57,096 nt of DNA from Anaerolineaceae bacterium (GTDB taxonomy: Bacteria; Chloroflexota; Anaerolineae; Anaerolineales; Anaerolineaceae). Made by a program: the position numbers and the translations under genes. Below the pieces are notes generated by a model. It was not told the DNA's origin and searched no databases. It saw nothing but the letters and a program-made list of their open reading frames with translations. Location of the stretch: the NCBI GenBank assembly GCA_018060515.1, contig JAGOVY010000001.1, positions 1 through 57,096 on the forward strand. Direction: 5' to 3'. The stretch's first letter is position 1. Each line of letters begins with the position of its first letter. Of this stretch, positions 8,881 through 18,756 are shown piece after piece.

Positions 8881-8914
8881 AAAGACACGCGAAACTTCGA
8901 TCCACGTGTCTTTT
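8881..8914 (-). terminator. terminator after the BMP-type ABC operon
   Basis: Hairpin AAAGACACG / CGTGTCTTT flanked by A/T runs. It lies 25 nt after the permease stop. Confidence 0.5.
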
Positions 8915-8938
8915 CTGGTCAACAAATTACAAGCGGGT

Positions 8939-9850
8939 CTATTCGCGCCTGTATGGTTTTAGCAAAGCAGCCGGGTAAGAGGCATTTCTTCCCGTAAAGG
9001 TGAGCGCAATAATGGTAACGATATACGGTAATGCCAGAAAGAGCTCGTAAGGTAGTTTGACACCAGTAAGCTGCAGCCTGGATTGCAGTGCCTGAACCCC
9101 GCCGAAAAGCAGTGCACCCAAGAAAACCTTTACCGGGTGCCAGTTGCCGAAGATAATCAGCGCAATACATACCCAGCCGCGCCCAGCGACGATGCCAAAC
9201 GTAAATGAGCCTAACTGAGCAACGGTCAGGAAGGCGCCGCCCACTGCCATCAGCGCACCGCCTATAACGAGCGCGATCGTGCGTAGCCGATAGACATTGA
9301 TGCCTGCCGCGTCTGTTGCTTCAGGGTTATCGCCAACTGAACGCAGTTTCAAGCCGAAGTTGGTGCGAAAAACAATCCACCAGACGATGGGCACAAGCGC
9401 AATGGCAATATAAGTTAAGGAATACTGTGACAGGATTGGACCCAGAATTGAATTATCTGGCAGAATGCTGATTTGTTTAAAAGGTGTGATGGATGGGAGA
9501 ATTCGATTTTCTCCAAAGATTACTCTAAAGAGATAGAGTGATACTGCTGTCAGCAACAGGGTGATCCCCAAGCCAGAAACATGCTGGTTTACTCCCAGTC
9601 TCACTGCAAAAAGGCTCATAATCAAGCCCGACAACATCCCACCTACCAGAGCAGCAAGCACACCAATCCACAATGAACCAGATAATGAAGCCGCGGCAAA
9701 ACCGGTAAAAGCGCCAAAGAACATTGTGCCTTCAATACCAAGGTTCAAGATGCCTGCTCGTTCGCAGAATAACTCTCCTAATGTGGCAAAAATCAGAGGG
9801 GTCGCAATCCTCAAGGTTGCCGCAATTAAATCAACGGTAAAATCTCCCAT
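8939..9850 (-). CDS. ABC transporter permease (BMP/nucleoside-type, NupQ/RfuD-like)
   Basis: 303-aa polytopic protein. Branched-chain/ribose-type permease fold, in an operon with a BMP lipoprotein and a double-NBD ATPase. Confidence 0.85.
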   Translation of the reverse strand: MGDFTVDLIAATLRIATPLIFATLGELFCERAGILNLGIEGTMFFGAFTGFAAASLSGSLWIGVLAALVGGMLSGLIMSLFAVRLGVNQHVSGLGITLLLTAVSLYLFRVIFGENRILPSITPFKQISILPDNSILGPILSQYSLTYIAIALVPIVWWIVFRTNFGLKLRSVGDNPEATDAAGINVYRLRTIALVIGGALMAVGGAFLTVAQLGSFTFGIVAGRGWVCIALIIFGNWHPVKVFLGALLFGGVQALQSRLQLTGVKLPYELFLALPYIVTIIALTFTGRNASYPAALLKPYRRE

Positions 9851-9852
9851 GG

Positions 9853-10902
9853 TTATATCCTCTTAATTCGGTAGTTCTGTAATACCAGCATACCCAGAGT
9901 AACCAATAACAAAGTAGATTCAACAACATCTCCCAAATACACAGGAACGCCAAGCACACGGCTGACTGTCTGAGAACCCGTATTGATTAAGCCGAGGAAC
10001 AAAGCGGCAACACTCACTCCAATTGGGTTAAGCCCGCCAAGTGTAGCGGCAATGATCCCTGTATAACCATAATTGCCTGATAATTCGCTGATGAGGTGAT
10101 AGTGAATACCGGCAATTTCGCTGACCCCGGCCAGTCCGGCAATCCCCCCGCTAACCAGTGCAGCAATCAGCATCGTGCGATTCACATTGATTCCCGCGAA
10201 TTGGGCGCCTACTTTGCTCGCACCTACAGCCCTCATCTCCAGGCCGAAAGGTGTGCGTTTTATCACAAAGTACACGATCACCACCACAATCAACGCAATG
10301 ACGAACCCCAAGTGCAAACGTGATTTGGGGAACAATTGGACAAATCTGGCTGCCTCAAAAAACTCAGGTGATTTTGGCCAACCAGTAACAGGGTCGCGCC
10401 AGGGGCCATTAAGCAGCGCTGATACAAAATACATGATGATGGAATTCATCAGCAATGTAGTGACCACTTCGTCCACTTTTAACTTTACTTTTAATATCGC
10501 CGGTATTGAAGCCCATAATGCACCCGCTAGAAAACCGAGAATCAACATCAGCGGAACTGCAATTATTGCTGGTAAATTCGTGAATGTTGCTCCAACCCAA
10601 GCGGCTGCCACCGCTCCGGCGTAAAGCTGCCCTTCTGCGCCGATATTATAGTAGCCGGCAGAAAAAGCGAAGGTTACTGCAATACCAGTGAAAATCAGCG
10701 GAGTAGCCTTCACCAGCACTTCAAGAGCTGAAAATTTACTTGAAAGCGGCACAATGATAAAGTTGTAATATGCGGTAAATGGATTTGCATCGGCCAGTAA
10801 AATAAAAACTGAGGTGATCACAAAAGTCACTAAAATCGCAACAATTGGTATGAGCGCCGTAGCCCAAGCTGGCGCAGGAGATCGTTCTAACCGGAATTTC
10901 AT
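9853..10902 (-). CDS. ABC transporter permease (BMP/nucleoside-type, NupP/RfuC-like)
   Basis: 349-aa polytopic protein. It lies 2 nt upstream of the second permease. Confidence 0.85.
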   Translation of the reverse strand: MKFRLERSPAPAWATALIPIVAILVTFVITSVFILLADANPFTAYYNFIIVPLSSKFSALEVLVKATPLIFTGIAVTFAFSAGYYNIGAEGQLYAGAVAAAWVGATFTNLPAIIAVPLMLILGFLAGALWASIPAILKVKLKVDEVVTTLLMNSIIMYFVSALLNGPWRDPVTGWPKSPEFFEAARFVQLFPKSRLHLGFVIALIVVVIVYFVIKRTPFGLEMRAVGASKVGAQFAGINVNRTMLIAALVSGGIAGLAGVSEIAGIHYHLISELSGNYGYTGIIAATLGGLNPIGVSVAALFLGLINTGSQTVSRVLGVPVYLGDVVESTLLLVTLGMLVLQNYRIKRI

Positions 10903-10933
10903 CTCAGTAAATCCTCCAATGAATTAAATAACA

Positions 10934-12418
10934 TCATGCTGCGCCTGCCATTAACAGGCCAAGATTTTCCGGTGTGGCTTCAGCCGAAGGGATAATGCCC
11001 CTGATGCTGCCTTCATAAATAACAGCGATACGATCAGAGAGCGCGAGCACTTCATCTAAATCTTCCGACAGGAGGAGTATAGCTGTTCCCTTTGCCCGTT
11101 CTTCCAGAAGTCGCTTCCGAACATATTCAGTTGCGCCAACATCCAACCCTCTGGTTGGTTGGGCAACGATAAGAACCTTTGGCTTTCGCGAAAGCGCTCG
11201 AGCCAGAACAACTTTTTGCATATTGCCGCCTGAGAGTTTCCGCAATTGGTCGCCAGGTGATGCTTTAATCTGAAACTCTTCAATGATGGCTTCTGCATCT
11301 TTCTGAATCAATTTAGTGTTGAGAAACCCCTTGCCAGAATAGTTGCTGATATTCTCGAGAGCCAGGTTTTCTGCAACGGTAAGGTCACCAATTGTGCCTT
11401 CATGTCGATCCTGCGGGGTGCGCCCTATACCAGCATCTGAGATCTCTGCTGGTGACAGGTTGGTGATATCTTTCCCATGAATTTTTATGGAGCCGCTGGT
11501 TGGTTTTACCAAACCCGTGAGAACCTGCGTTAATTCACCTTGTCCATTGCCAGAAACACCGGCAAGCCCAAGGATCTCACCGACTCCGATGCTGAAGGTA
11601 ACTTTATCAAGTGTTTTCAAACCCAGTTTGCCATCGAGAGAAATATCAGTAACTTCATATACAGGGTTGCTGTTCTCTCGCTGCGTTTGTCGTTGAACAC
11701 CAAACGTTTCGCGTCCGACCATCATTTTTGCCAGTTCAACCTGACTGGTTTCTGCCTTCATTACTGTATTGGCAGCATGACCATCTCGCAAAACGGTGAT
11801 TCTATCGCAAACAGCCATCACCTCAACAAGTTTATGGCTGATAAATATCACAGATAGGCCAGATTTTACCAATCTGACGAGAGACTCGAACAAAACATCC
11901 ACTTCCTGTGGTACCAATACGGCAGTTGGTTCATCCATGATGAGAATCTTGGCGTCGCGGTATAACGCTTTAAGAATCTCAACACGTTGTCTTTCACCAA
12001 CCGAAAGGTCTTTCACCAGTGTTGATGGCGAAACGGGAATACCATATTTTTTTGAAGCTTCAGCAACACTGCTTTCAATCTCTTTTTGTTTGATGATTTT
12101 GTTTGTTGTGTGGCCCAACACTATATTTTCAGCAACCGTCAGTGTAGGAACAAGCGTAAAATGCTGTGTAACCATACCAATTCCTGCAGCAATCGCTTCT
12201 TTTGGAGAATTGATTATTACTTTTTCACCATTGACAATAATATCCCCGCTATCTGGTCGATAAAGCCCATAAAGAATGCGCATAAGGGTTGTTTTTCCCG
12301 CGCCATTCTCTCCGAGAAGTGCATGAATTTCCCCTTCAATTAAATTGAAATCCACGCCTACGTTGGCTTTAACAGGGCCAAAAGACTTGAAGATTTGGTT
12401 CATCTCAACAGCATACAT
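10934..12418 (-). CDS. ABC transporter ATP-binding protein with two fused NBDs
   Basis: Walker A GENGAGKTTL, signature LSVGERQRVEI, a second NBD (GVSGNGQGEL, LSGGNMQKVVL) and Walker B motifs LIMDEPT / LIVAQPTRGLD. Confidence 0.92.
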   Translation of the reverse strand: MYAVEMNQIFKSFGPVKANVGVDFNLIEGEIHALLGENGAGKTTLMRILYGLYRPDSGDIIVNGEKVIINSPKEAIAAGIGMVTQHFTLVPTLTVAENIVLGHTTNKIIKQKEIESSVAEASKKYGIPVSPSTLVKDLSVGERQRVEILKALYRDAKILIMDEPTAVLVPQEVDVLFESLVRLVKSGLSVIFISHKLVEVMAVCDRITVLRDGHAANTVMKAETSQVELAKMMVGRETFGVQRQTQRENSNPVYEVTDISLDGKLGLKTLDKVTFSIGVGEILGLAGVSGNGQGELTQVLTGLVKPTSGSIKIHGKDITNLSPAEISDAGIGRTPQDRHEGTIGDLTVAENLALENISNYSGKGFLNTKLIQKDAEAIIEEFQIKASPGDQLRKLSGGNMQKVVLARALSRKPKVLIVAQPTRGLDVGATEYVRKRLLEERAKGTAILLLSEDLDEVLALSDRIAVIYEGSIRGIIPSAEATPENLGLLMAGAA

Positions 12419-12459
12419 AGTTAATCCTTAAGTTACAGAAGTTGGCAGATAATTGATAT

Positions 12460-12488
12460 GGAGCGGCAAAGACAGGCTCCGCCGCTCC
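12460..12488 (-). terminator. intercistronic GC-rich hairpin between the binding-protein and ATPase genes (probable partial terminator or stabiliser)
   Basis: 8-bp GC-rich stem GGAGCGGC (12460-12467) / GCCGCTCC (12481-12488). There is no U-tract, so it is probably an attenuating or stabilising element. Confidence 0.4.
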
Positions 12489-12503
12489 AAGATCTCACTA
12501 CGT

Positions 12504-13517
12504 TTAGTTTACTGTACCAGGTTGCGCTTCATCAATCGGAACACGGAATAAACCAGACAAAATGGCTTCTTCCTTGGCTTTCACAGCTGCGAGGACTTCT
12601 GCAGGAATTTTACTGTCATTGCCATGGAATGGGGCTAATGATGCTCCGCCTTGCGCCATCATGCTGAAGTCTTTAAGATCGACTGCATCAAAGGTTCCAG
12701 CAGCCACCTGTGCGACAACGTGGTTTACGGTTGGGGTCATGTTCCAGACGGGACCAGTAAGAACCCATTCTGGTGCAATTTCGTTCTGATCGCTCATGTT
12801 GCCGAACACGAAAACACCTTTTTCAGCAGCAGCTTCGATCACGCCCGCGCGTTCCGCAAACAATAAGTCGGCGCCGGCGCTGATGTGAGCTAACGCCTGT
12901 TCTTTAGCAGTAGCAGGATCAAAGAAAGAGTTGATGAAAGAAACCATAACGGTAACTTCAGGATTTACCTCTTTGGCGCCTGCAATGAAGGCGTTGACCA
13001 GGCGGTTTACTTCGGGAATGGGGACTGCAGCGACCACACCAATTTTGTTGGTTTTCGTCATCCCGCCTGCAATCATACCGCACAGGTAAGTGGGTTCATG
13101 GATCCAGTTATCAAAAACCGCCAGGTTCGGGGCAACAGGTCCAAGTTCTGAACCGAAGGCAAATGCAATATCAGGATAATCTGCAGCCACACGGCGAACA
13201 GCTTCTTCGTTTACAAATGCATCACCCATGATGATATCGGGTTTCTGCTGTTCGGCAACTTCTCGCAGAACTCTTTCCATATCACCGGAATAACCAATAT
13301 CCTCAGTGTAGGTGTATTCGATTTTACCTTCTTCTTTTGCGATCAGCAAAGCATCGTGGATGACGCCATCCCACGGCTCTTCGATCGGTGTTGCGAAGGC
13401 ACCAAAAACTTTCACTTTGTCAGAGGTTGTAGCGCCAGGTCCGCCAGCGCAACCAACGATGAGGCTTGCAAGCATCAAAATTACCACAAACATCGGAACA
13501 TACGATTTCTTGGTCAT
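12504..13517 (-). CDS. BMP-family (Med/PnrA-like) ABC substrate-binding lipoprotein, nucleoside-type
   Basis: Lipobox LIVGC, followed by a typical BMP fold sequence (VKVFGAFATPIEEPWDG..., GVVAAVPIPEVNRLVNAFIAGAKEVNP). Confidence 0.85.
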   Translation of the reverse strand: MTKKSYVPMFVVILMLASLIVGCAGGPGATTSDKVKVFGAFATPIEEPWDGVIHDALLIAKEEGKIEYTYTEDIGYSGDMERVLREVAEQQKPDIIMGDAFVNEEAVRRVAADYPDIAFAFGSELGPVAPNLAVFDNWIHEPTYLCGMIAGGMTKTNKIGVVAAVPIPEVNRLVNAFIAGAKEVNPEVTVMVSFINSFFDPATAKEQALAHISAGADLLFAERAGVIEAAAEKGVFVFGNMSDQNEIAPEWVLTGPVWNMTPTVNHVVAQVAAGTFDAVDLKDFSMMAQGGASLAPFHGNDSKIPAEVLAAVKAKEEAILSGLFRVPIDEAQPGTVN

Positions 13518-13646
13518 TTCTTTCTCCTTATGGATTGTGTGGTTGATTACAAAACAACAAAAAACTAATCAATCTCGTCTTCTCCTTCGGTTCTCCTCCT
13601 TTCAAGTGTCAGTTATCTAGGTAAATTGGTTAATGAATTCACCTTC

Positions 13647-14888
13647 TTACGAATTTTCTTGGATGATTGCATCAATCTTTGCCTGATCGATCAAATTACC
13701 ATGGCTGACCACAAAGCGTGGTTTTTCATGGTAACGCAGCGCTTCAAGCACATTGGGTTGGTCAAGTACAACCAGGTTGGCAATCGCTCCTTCTTTGATT
13801 TCAAAATTATTCAAGCCAATCGCCTGCGCAGGATTTATGGAAATCATGTCATAGAGGACTTCCATATCTTCGCGAGTGGTAAACCAGAGCAGGTGAGAAT
13901 TGAGGAAAGCTACTTCGAGCATATTGTTACGCCCATATGGGTAGTAAGCATCTGAGATATCATCCTGCCCCAATGAGACCAACACACCCTCTTCGAGCAG
14001 CTCGCGCACACGTGCATGCAATGGGCCGGTGTGCGGGTCGCTGACCACACCCAGTTTGGCTTTCTTGAGGATTACGGCAAGTTTTTGCAGGTAAGGCTTG
14101 GGGTACAAAGCCATGGCACGGGCGTGATGGGCTAAAGCCCTGCCCTGCCAGCCAGTACGGATAGTTTCCAGCGCCATTGCTTCGAGTGAGCGGAGCCCAT
14201 TATCTCCGGCATCATCCACCAACATGGAGACCGGTTTGTCGTATTCCTTCGCCAGTTTAAAACAAATGCGGATATGTTCTTCAATATCCGCATCCGTAAA
14301 CTCAATCCAAGGAATACCGCCGACAACGTCAGCACCAAGGTCCATTGCCTGACGCATCAGGTCTTCGGCGCCGGGTTCGCGAATCAGGCCGTCCTGTGCA
14401 AAAGCAACCGTCTGAACATCCACAATGCCCTTAAATTCATCACGTGCCTTGATCAGAGCTTTGATGCCTTCGAGTCTGCCTTTAGAATCAACATCGGCAA
14501 AGGCACGAATATGGGTACAACCATAACGTGCGGCCAGAGCTACGGCTTTTCTGACATTCTTGATGATCCATTTCTCGTCGTAATTGTCCTTCACACGCGC
14601 GGCGAGTTCGATAGCGTTCATGGCTTTGCCCATGTCTGCGCCGTGGTAATCCTTCAACGCTGCCTCATCCATCATCATCAACGTGTAGACCTTGCAAAGA
14701 TGAAGGTGGGTATTGACATAGGATTCCGTCACGAGGTTATTGCCGGCATCCAACTCCTGGTTTGCTTTTCCGTCAATTTTTCCGGCAATTTTGGCGATTT
14801 TCCCATCCTTGATGGCAATATCTTTAGGGTTTTTGGGGTCGCTGCGTAGAATCGAATTTCGAATGATCAGATCGTACTGGTCGGTCAT
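13647..14888 (-). CDS. amidohydrolase-superfamily enzyme, cytosine deaminase (CodA)-like
   Basis: HxH motif (VNTHLHL). There is long collinear similarity to my recollection of E. coli CodA (LGADVVGGIPWIEFT, VAFAQDG, GQDDISDAYYPYGRNNMLEV). Confidence 0.78.
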   Translation of the reverse strand: MTDQYDLIIRNSILRSDPKNPKDIAIKDGKIAKIAGKIDGKANQELDAGNNLVTESYVNTHLHLCKVYTLMMMDEAALKDYHGADMGKAMNAIELAARVKDNYDEKWIIKNVRKAVALAARYGCTHIRAFADVDSKGRLEGIKALIKARDEFKGIVDVQTVAFAQDGLIREPGAEDLMRQAMDLGADVVGGIPWIEFTDADIEEHIRICFKLAKEYDKPVSMLVDDAGDNGLRSLEAMALETIRTGWQGRALAHHARAMALYPKPYLQKLAVILKKAKLGVVSDPHTGPLHARVRELLEEGVLVSLGQDDISDAYYPYGRNNMLEVAFLNSHLLWFTTREDMEVLYDMISINPAQAIGLNNFEIKEGAIANLVVLDQPNVLEALRYHEKPRFVVSHGNLIDQAKIDAIIQENS

Positions 14889-14950
14889 TTACTTACTCTC
14901 CTTGTTAAATTAAATGCCAGATGTCCCCATCTGGCATTATGTTAATTAGC

Positions 14951-17308
14951 CTATTCAAGAACCCCTGCATCCAGCATCCCCAAGAAGATTTTCTCCGCTG
15001 AGTATGGAGGTCCTTCCAGCCTGACACCCGTGGCATCATAAATGGCATTCCCCAACGCGGCAATCGTCGGCACCATGGGGTGTTCGCCCACCCCGCGAGC
15101 ACCAAATGGGCCATCATCCTGCGGCACTTCAACGTACTGCGTGTCAAGTTTAAAATCAGCGTCAGCTGAAGTAGCAATGCGGTAATCAACAAAACTCGGG
15201 TTGGTCATCACACCATTGCGCAAGCGAATTTCTTCGAACATGGCAGAGCTCAGCCCTTGAACAAAGCCGCCCTCAACTTGTGCTTTTACCAACTCAGGGT
15301 TAATGGCTTTGCCAACATCAAAGCAAGCCGCGGCAGAAATAACGTGAATTCGGCCGGTACTCTTTTCGATTTCAATATCGAGCCCTTCACAGCCAACGGT
15401 GTAATGCACCACCGCACGTGGACCCTGCCCGGTTTCGGCATCAAGATTGCTGACATATTTAGGCATAAAGGAACCGCGTCCCACAATCGGGCCACCCACC
15501 CAGCCATCATCATTGGGTCTGGGAAGTCCATAAATGACCAGGTTTTCAAGTGGTGTTTCTTGTTCGCTCTTGTAAGAAACAACCATGCCGTTGACAATAT
15601 CCAAGTCTTCGGGTGTCTCATGCCAGGCTTCTGCAACAACATCCAGAATCTGTTTGCGTGCATCGAGCGCTGCCAGGCGAACCGCATTCCCCATACTCCA
15701 GGTGAGTCGGCTGGCAACTGTCTGCCATTCGTAGGGACTGTACTGTGTATCCACCGGTCCGGCGATACGTACATCTTCATATTTAACGCCTAATGACTCA
15801 GCCGCAATTTGCGCCATCACAGTGAAGGTGCCCTGACCAATTTCCTGCCCGCCAAGCCCAACGGTTGCTTTGCCATCTTCTGAAAGCTCCACCCAAGCGC
15901 TTGAACCAGGGTTAGGCGGCATGGCAGGGGCTTTCCACATAATGGCGATGCCTTTTCCACGCAGACGATCTGGGGAAGAAGGTTCTTCCTTGCGCGAAAA
16001 ATCAATCGCTTTTGCTACTTTATCAATACACTGTTGAATACCGTTGGCATGCATCGTCATCCCGGTGACCACAATATCACCTTCGGCGATGGCGTTATGC
16101 TTGAGGAATTTAACCTTTTCAATACCGGCTTTTTCTGCCAACTCATCAATTGCCTGGTCAATACCGGTGTGCAGTTCTGACATGCCAAAGCCGCGATAAG
16201 CGCCGCCAATGGGATGATTGGTATAAACGCAAATACTGTCCGTCCACACATTCGGAATATCGTATGGACCTGAGCTGGAATAACCGCCGGCGCGGGTAAT
16301 GTTGGTGCCATATTCGGTTGAGGCGCCGCCGTCCCAATACATCAAGTTCTTAAGCCCAAGGATGTTGCCATCTTTATCGCAACCCACTTTAACGTGAATT
16401 GTAAGACCCTGACGCACGAAGTTGGTATAAAACTCTTCTTCTCGAGTGAGGATGAACTTGATGGGATATCCCTTGAGCTTGGTTGCCAGCGCAACCGGAA
16501 TGGCTTCCATGGTCAAACCAGCTTTCGAGCCAAACCCACCACCCACCAACGGGGCAATTACACGCAGGTCGCTGTGAGAAATATGCAGCGCCTTGGCAAT
16601 TAAGTTGCGTTGTGCAAATGGCGATTGAGAAGAAGCCCACACTGTAACCTTGCCTTTGGCATCCATCATGGCCACTGCGCCATGAGGTTCAATAGGCACA
16701 TGCTGAATGTGGGGAATTTTGTAGGTTTTCTCTACGATATACGCGCATTGTTTCCAAGCGGCCTCAACATCACCTTTGCGAATCTTGAAGTGGTTGGAGA
16801 TGTTGGTTCCGGGTTTGGGGAAGATGAAGTTCACACAATCATATTTGCCCAAATCAGGGTGGAGGATTGGAGCTTTCTCCGAAACGCCATACTCGGCATC
16901 AAAAACGCCTTCAAGGGGTTCATATTCGACCTCGATTAATGTGCAGGCAAATTGAGCGATTTCTTCGGTAACGGCAGCTACTGCCGCAACAGGTTCACCC
17001 AAAAATCGCACGCGGTCGGTGGCAAAAATAGTTTTGTCTTTAAGGTAGAGCCCAATGCGCTCGGGAAAGTCTTTGCCGGTGACGACTGCTTTGACACCGG
17101 GATAAGCTTCGGCTTTGCTGGTATCAATGCGCTTGATTAAAGCATGAGGATGAGGGCTGCGAACAGCCCGCGCATAAAGTAATTTGTTGCCAAACTGAAT
17201 ATCGTCGAGATAAGCTGCTGCGCCGGTTACCTTTTCCAGCACATCATTGCGAATGACGCTCGTGCCGACGACTTCAGTGGTTTTTTCTGATGATTTCACG
17301 TTTGCCAT
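14951..17308 (-). CDS. xanthine dehydrogenase / aldehyde oxidase family molybdopterin-binding large subunit
   Basis: About 785 aa. Family motifs present: VGGGFGSK, GGAYRGFG, GQGTFTVMAQIAAE, and a C-terminal GVGEHPMVPTIAALGNAIYDATG. I moved the start to ATG 17308, which is preceded by AAGGAG. Confidence 0.9.
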   Translation of the reverse strand: MANVKSSEKTTEVVGTSVIRNDVLEKVTGAAAYLDDIQFGNKLLYARAVRSPHPHALIKRIDTSKAEAYPGVKAVVTGKDFPERIGLYLKDKTIFATDRVRFLGEPVAAVAAVTEEIAQFACTLIEVEYEPLEGVFDAEYGVSEKAPILHPDLGKYDCVNFIFPKPGTNISNHFKIRKGDVEAAWKQCAYIVEKTYKIPHIQHVPIEPHGAVAMMDAKGKVTVWASSQSPFAQRNLIAKALHISHSDLRVIAPLVGGGFGSKAGLTMEAIPVALATKLKGYPIKFILTREEEFYTNFVRQGLTIHVKVGCDKDGNILGLKNLMYWDGGASTEYGTNITRAGGYSSSGPYDIPNVWTDSICVYTNHPIGGAYRGFGMSELHTGIDQAIDELAEKAGIEKVKFLKHNAIAEGDIVVTGMTMHANGIQQCIDKVAKAIDFSRKEEPSSPDRLRGKGIAIMWKAPAMPPNPGSSAWVELSEDGKATVGLGGQEIGQGTFTVMAQIAAESLGVKYEDVRIAGPVDTQYSPYEWQTVASRLTWSMGNAVRLAALDARKQILDVVAEAWHETPEDLDIVNGMVVSYKSEQETPLENLVIYGLPRPNDDGWVGGPIVGRGSFMPKYVSNLDAETGQGPRAVVHYTVGCEGLDIEIEKSTGRIHVISAAACFDVGKAINPELVKAQVEGGFVQGLSSAMFEEIRLRNGVMTNPSFVDYRIATSADADFKLDTQYVEVPQDDGPFGARGVGEHPMVPTIAALGNAIYDATGVRLEGPPYSAEKIFLGMLDAGVLE

Positions 17309-17365
17309 GTTTCGGCTCCTTTTAAGGATTTCTTTTTTCAAAAGTCTTCTTTTGCGTCTGACGCA

Positions 17366-17830
17366 TTAGGCTTTGGCAGCTTCTCTAACGGCCTCGACAA
17401 TGCGATAATAGCCCGTACAGCGGCACAGGTTGCCTACGAGCGCCTCGCGAACATCCGCCTCACTTGGATCAGCGTTGCGTTTGAGCAGCGCCGTAGCGGA
17501 AATTAACATTCCCGGTGTACAGAAACCGCATTGCACACCGCCCGCCTGAATGATGGTGTTTTGAAGAGTGCTGAGCTTGCCATCTTTTGCAAGCCCCTCT
17601 ACGGTAACAATACGCGCGCCATCACATTCAGCAGCCAATACCATGCAGCTATTCACCGGTTCATCGTTGAATAAAACCGTGCAGGCGCCGCACTCGCCGG
17701 CTGAGCAGCCATTCTTGGTGCCAGTGAGCGAGAGTTTTTCACGCAGCATTTGCAGCAGCGTCATATGTTGAGGGACATCTACCGTTTCGAGCACATCGTT
17801 TACGGTGAGTGTAATTCTGGAATAAGACAT
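17366..17830 (-). CDS. [2Fe-2S]-binding small subunit of the molybdoenzyme (CoxS/XdhC-iron-sulfur type)
   Basis: [11 protein letters not shown] and CGFCTPG...CRCTGY cysteine clusters. I moved the start to ATG 17830, which is preceded by AGGAGG. Confidence 0.9.
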   Translation of the reverse strand: MSYSRITLTVNDVLETVDVPQHMTLLQMLREKLSLTGTKNGCSAGECGACTVLFNDEPVNSCMVLAAECDGARIVTVEGLAKDGKLSTLQNTIIQAGGVQCGFCTPGMLISATALLKRNADPSEADVREALVGNLCRCTGYYRIVEAVREAAKA

Positions 17831-17862
17831 CGATTCCTCCTGTAAGGTACAAAGAGCCGAGG

Positions 17863-18756
17863 CTATTTGTTCAATTTTTTCCACACTTCCGTGAGGGCTT
17901 CACGTGTCACATTGCGCACCATCAGTTTGCGGTAGCGCGCTGAACCACGTACATCGTCAATTGGTGTAACAGCTTCCATGGCTGCGTCTGCCGCTTGGGC
18001 GATTGTCTCAGGAGTGATTTTTTTCTCAGCAAGAAGTGCTTCAGCCTTGTGGGCTTCCATAGGAACCGGTGAGACTGAAGTAAGTGCAATTCTAAATGTG
18101 TAACCAGATGGTGATTGGCTGTTGGGATATGCCATTGCGGTAACACCAACAATGGAAAGATCGCTAAGTTTGTTTCTTCCCAGTTTTTTATATACGCCAA
18201 CCATTCCCGTTGCAGGCGGGGCAAGTGTTACGGAAACAACGATTTCACCAGGTTTAAGTACTGTACGCCCTGGCGCAAGGAAGAAAGTGTTCAGCGGGAT
18301 GGCACGAGCTCCGCCTGTACCGTGAACATTCAATACTGCATCGTGCACCAGGCAGGTTCCGATTGTATCGCCGGCTGGTGAGGCGTTGCAGATGTTGCCC
18401 ACAATTGTGGCTCGATTGCGCAGTTGATAACTGGCAACAGATTTCGCAGCTTCAACCAGATTGGGATAGTGTTTGATGACATCATGGTTAGCAATGACTT
18501 GATTCATCGGTACTGCGGCGCCAATGGTTAGCCCTTTTTTGGGGTCGAATGATAGCTCTTTCGTGCCTTCAAGTCCCTTGATATCAACGAGGTAATCTAC
18601 CTTAATAACCCCGTCGCGTAGGCGCACAAAACTATCAGTACCGCCTGAGAAGGGTTTTGCTTTCCCTTCATGTTCCTCAAGGAACTTGCACGCATCGTTG
18701 AGAGACACGGGTTTTACGTACTCAAGTTCTGGGAGTCCTGGATGAGGATTGATCAT
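17863..18756 (-). CDS. FAD-binding medium subunit of the molybdoenzyme (CoxM/XdhB type)
   Basis: 297 aa. Contains the GGTDSFVRLRDG FAD-binding motif (GGTD) and ATIGGNICNASPAGD-like TIVGNICNASPAGD. Confidence 0.87.
   Translation of the reverse strand: MINPHPGLPELEYVKPVSLNDACKFLEEHEGKAKPFSGGTDSFVRLRDGVIKVDYLVDIKGLEGTKELSFDPKKGLTIGAAVPMNQVIANHDVIKHYPNLVEAAKSVASYQLRNRATIVGNICNASPAGDTIGTCLVHDAVLNVHGTGGARAIPLNTFFLAPGRTVLKPGEIVVSVTLAPPATGMVGVYKKLGRNKLSDLSIVGVTAMAYPNSQSPSGYTFRIALTSVSPVPMEAHKAEALLAEKKITPETIAQAADAAMEAVTPIDDVRGSARYRKLMVRNVTREALTEVWKKLNK

Noticed and set aside
14274-14849. 191-aa plus-strand ORF inside the amidohydrolase gene. Similar long antisense ORFs occur elsewhere (15257..15793, 15286..15780, 11796..12263, 10175..10624, 24190..24606, 29408..29947, 28901..29347, 42991..43374, 56229..56639).
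   Set aside because: These are shadow ORFs on the opposite strand or in an alternative frame of genes with clear family motifs. They have skewed composition (Arg/Ser/Pro- or Cys-rich), no RBS and no recognisable domains.
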